Shown: one piece after another, positions 63,803-64,000 of the stretch | How positions within the stretch are numbered: position 1 is the stretch's first letter | How the letters are laid out: every line of letters starts with the position of its first letter | Translations under genes and position numbers: made by a program | Source of the DNA: Octopus sinensis | Lineage: Eukaryota | Assembly (NCBI RefSeq): GCF_006345805.1 | Contig: NC_042998.1 | Span: 192,014,001-192,078,000 of the forward strand | DNA length: 64,000 nt | Reading direction: 5' to 3' | Notes under the pieces: model-generated | The model's database searches: none | What the model was told of the DNA's origin: nothing | What the model saw: only the letters and a program-made list of their open reading frames with translations

Positions 63803-64000
63803 AGTGGCTGTGTGGTAAGTAGCTTGCTAACCAACCACATGGTTCCGGGTTCAGTCCCACTGCGTGGCATCTTGGGCAAGTGTCTTCTGCTATAGCCCCC
63901 GGGCCGGCCAATGCCTTGTGAGTGGATTTGGTAGACGGAAACTGAAAGAAGCCTGTCGTATATATGTATATATATATATATATATGTGTGTGTGTATGTC
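63803..64000 (+). mobile_element. SINE group C, 5' half (runs off the window)
   Basis: Near-identical to 11435-11630. Confidence 0.92.

Overview
AT-rich, microsatellite-dense animal genomic DNA, most likely intronic or intergenic. The SINE families and repeat landscape suggest an octopus or other coleoid cephalopod (inference). No confident host protein-coding gene was found; one possible exon lies at about 1510-1961 on the minus strand. The window is mostly mobile DNA: three abundant tRNA-derived SINE groups (here called A, B, C), a degenerate intron-containing tRNA-Leu(CAA), Tc1/mariner, Helitron, Helentron-type and MITE remnants, and fragments of Dong/R4, RTE, CR1-like, Tx1/L1-like and Penelope-like retroelements. 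Most notable: (1) a complete 1.92-kb retroelement with a 16-bp TSD that encodes only an ORF1/Gag-knuckle protein and shares its 3' tail with SINE-B and with a (GATA)n-embedded Tx1-like LINE; (2) several minimal hammerhead ribozymes, including one with a compensatory G3:C8 core and one at the tail of a tRNA-headed element. All calls are by eye, without database searches.
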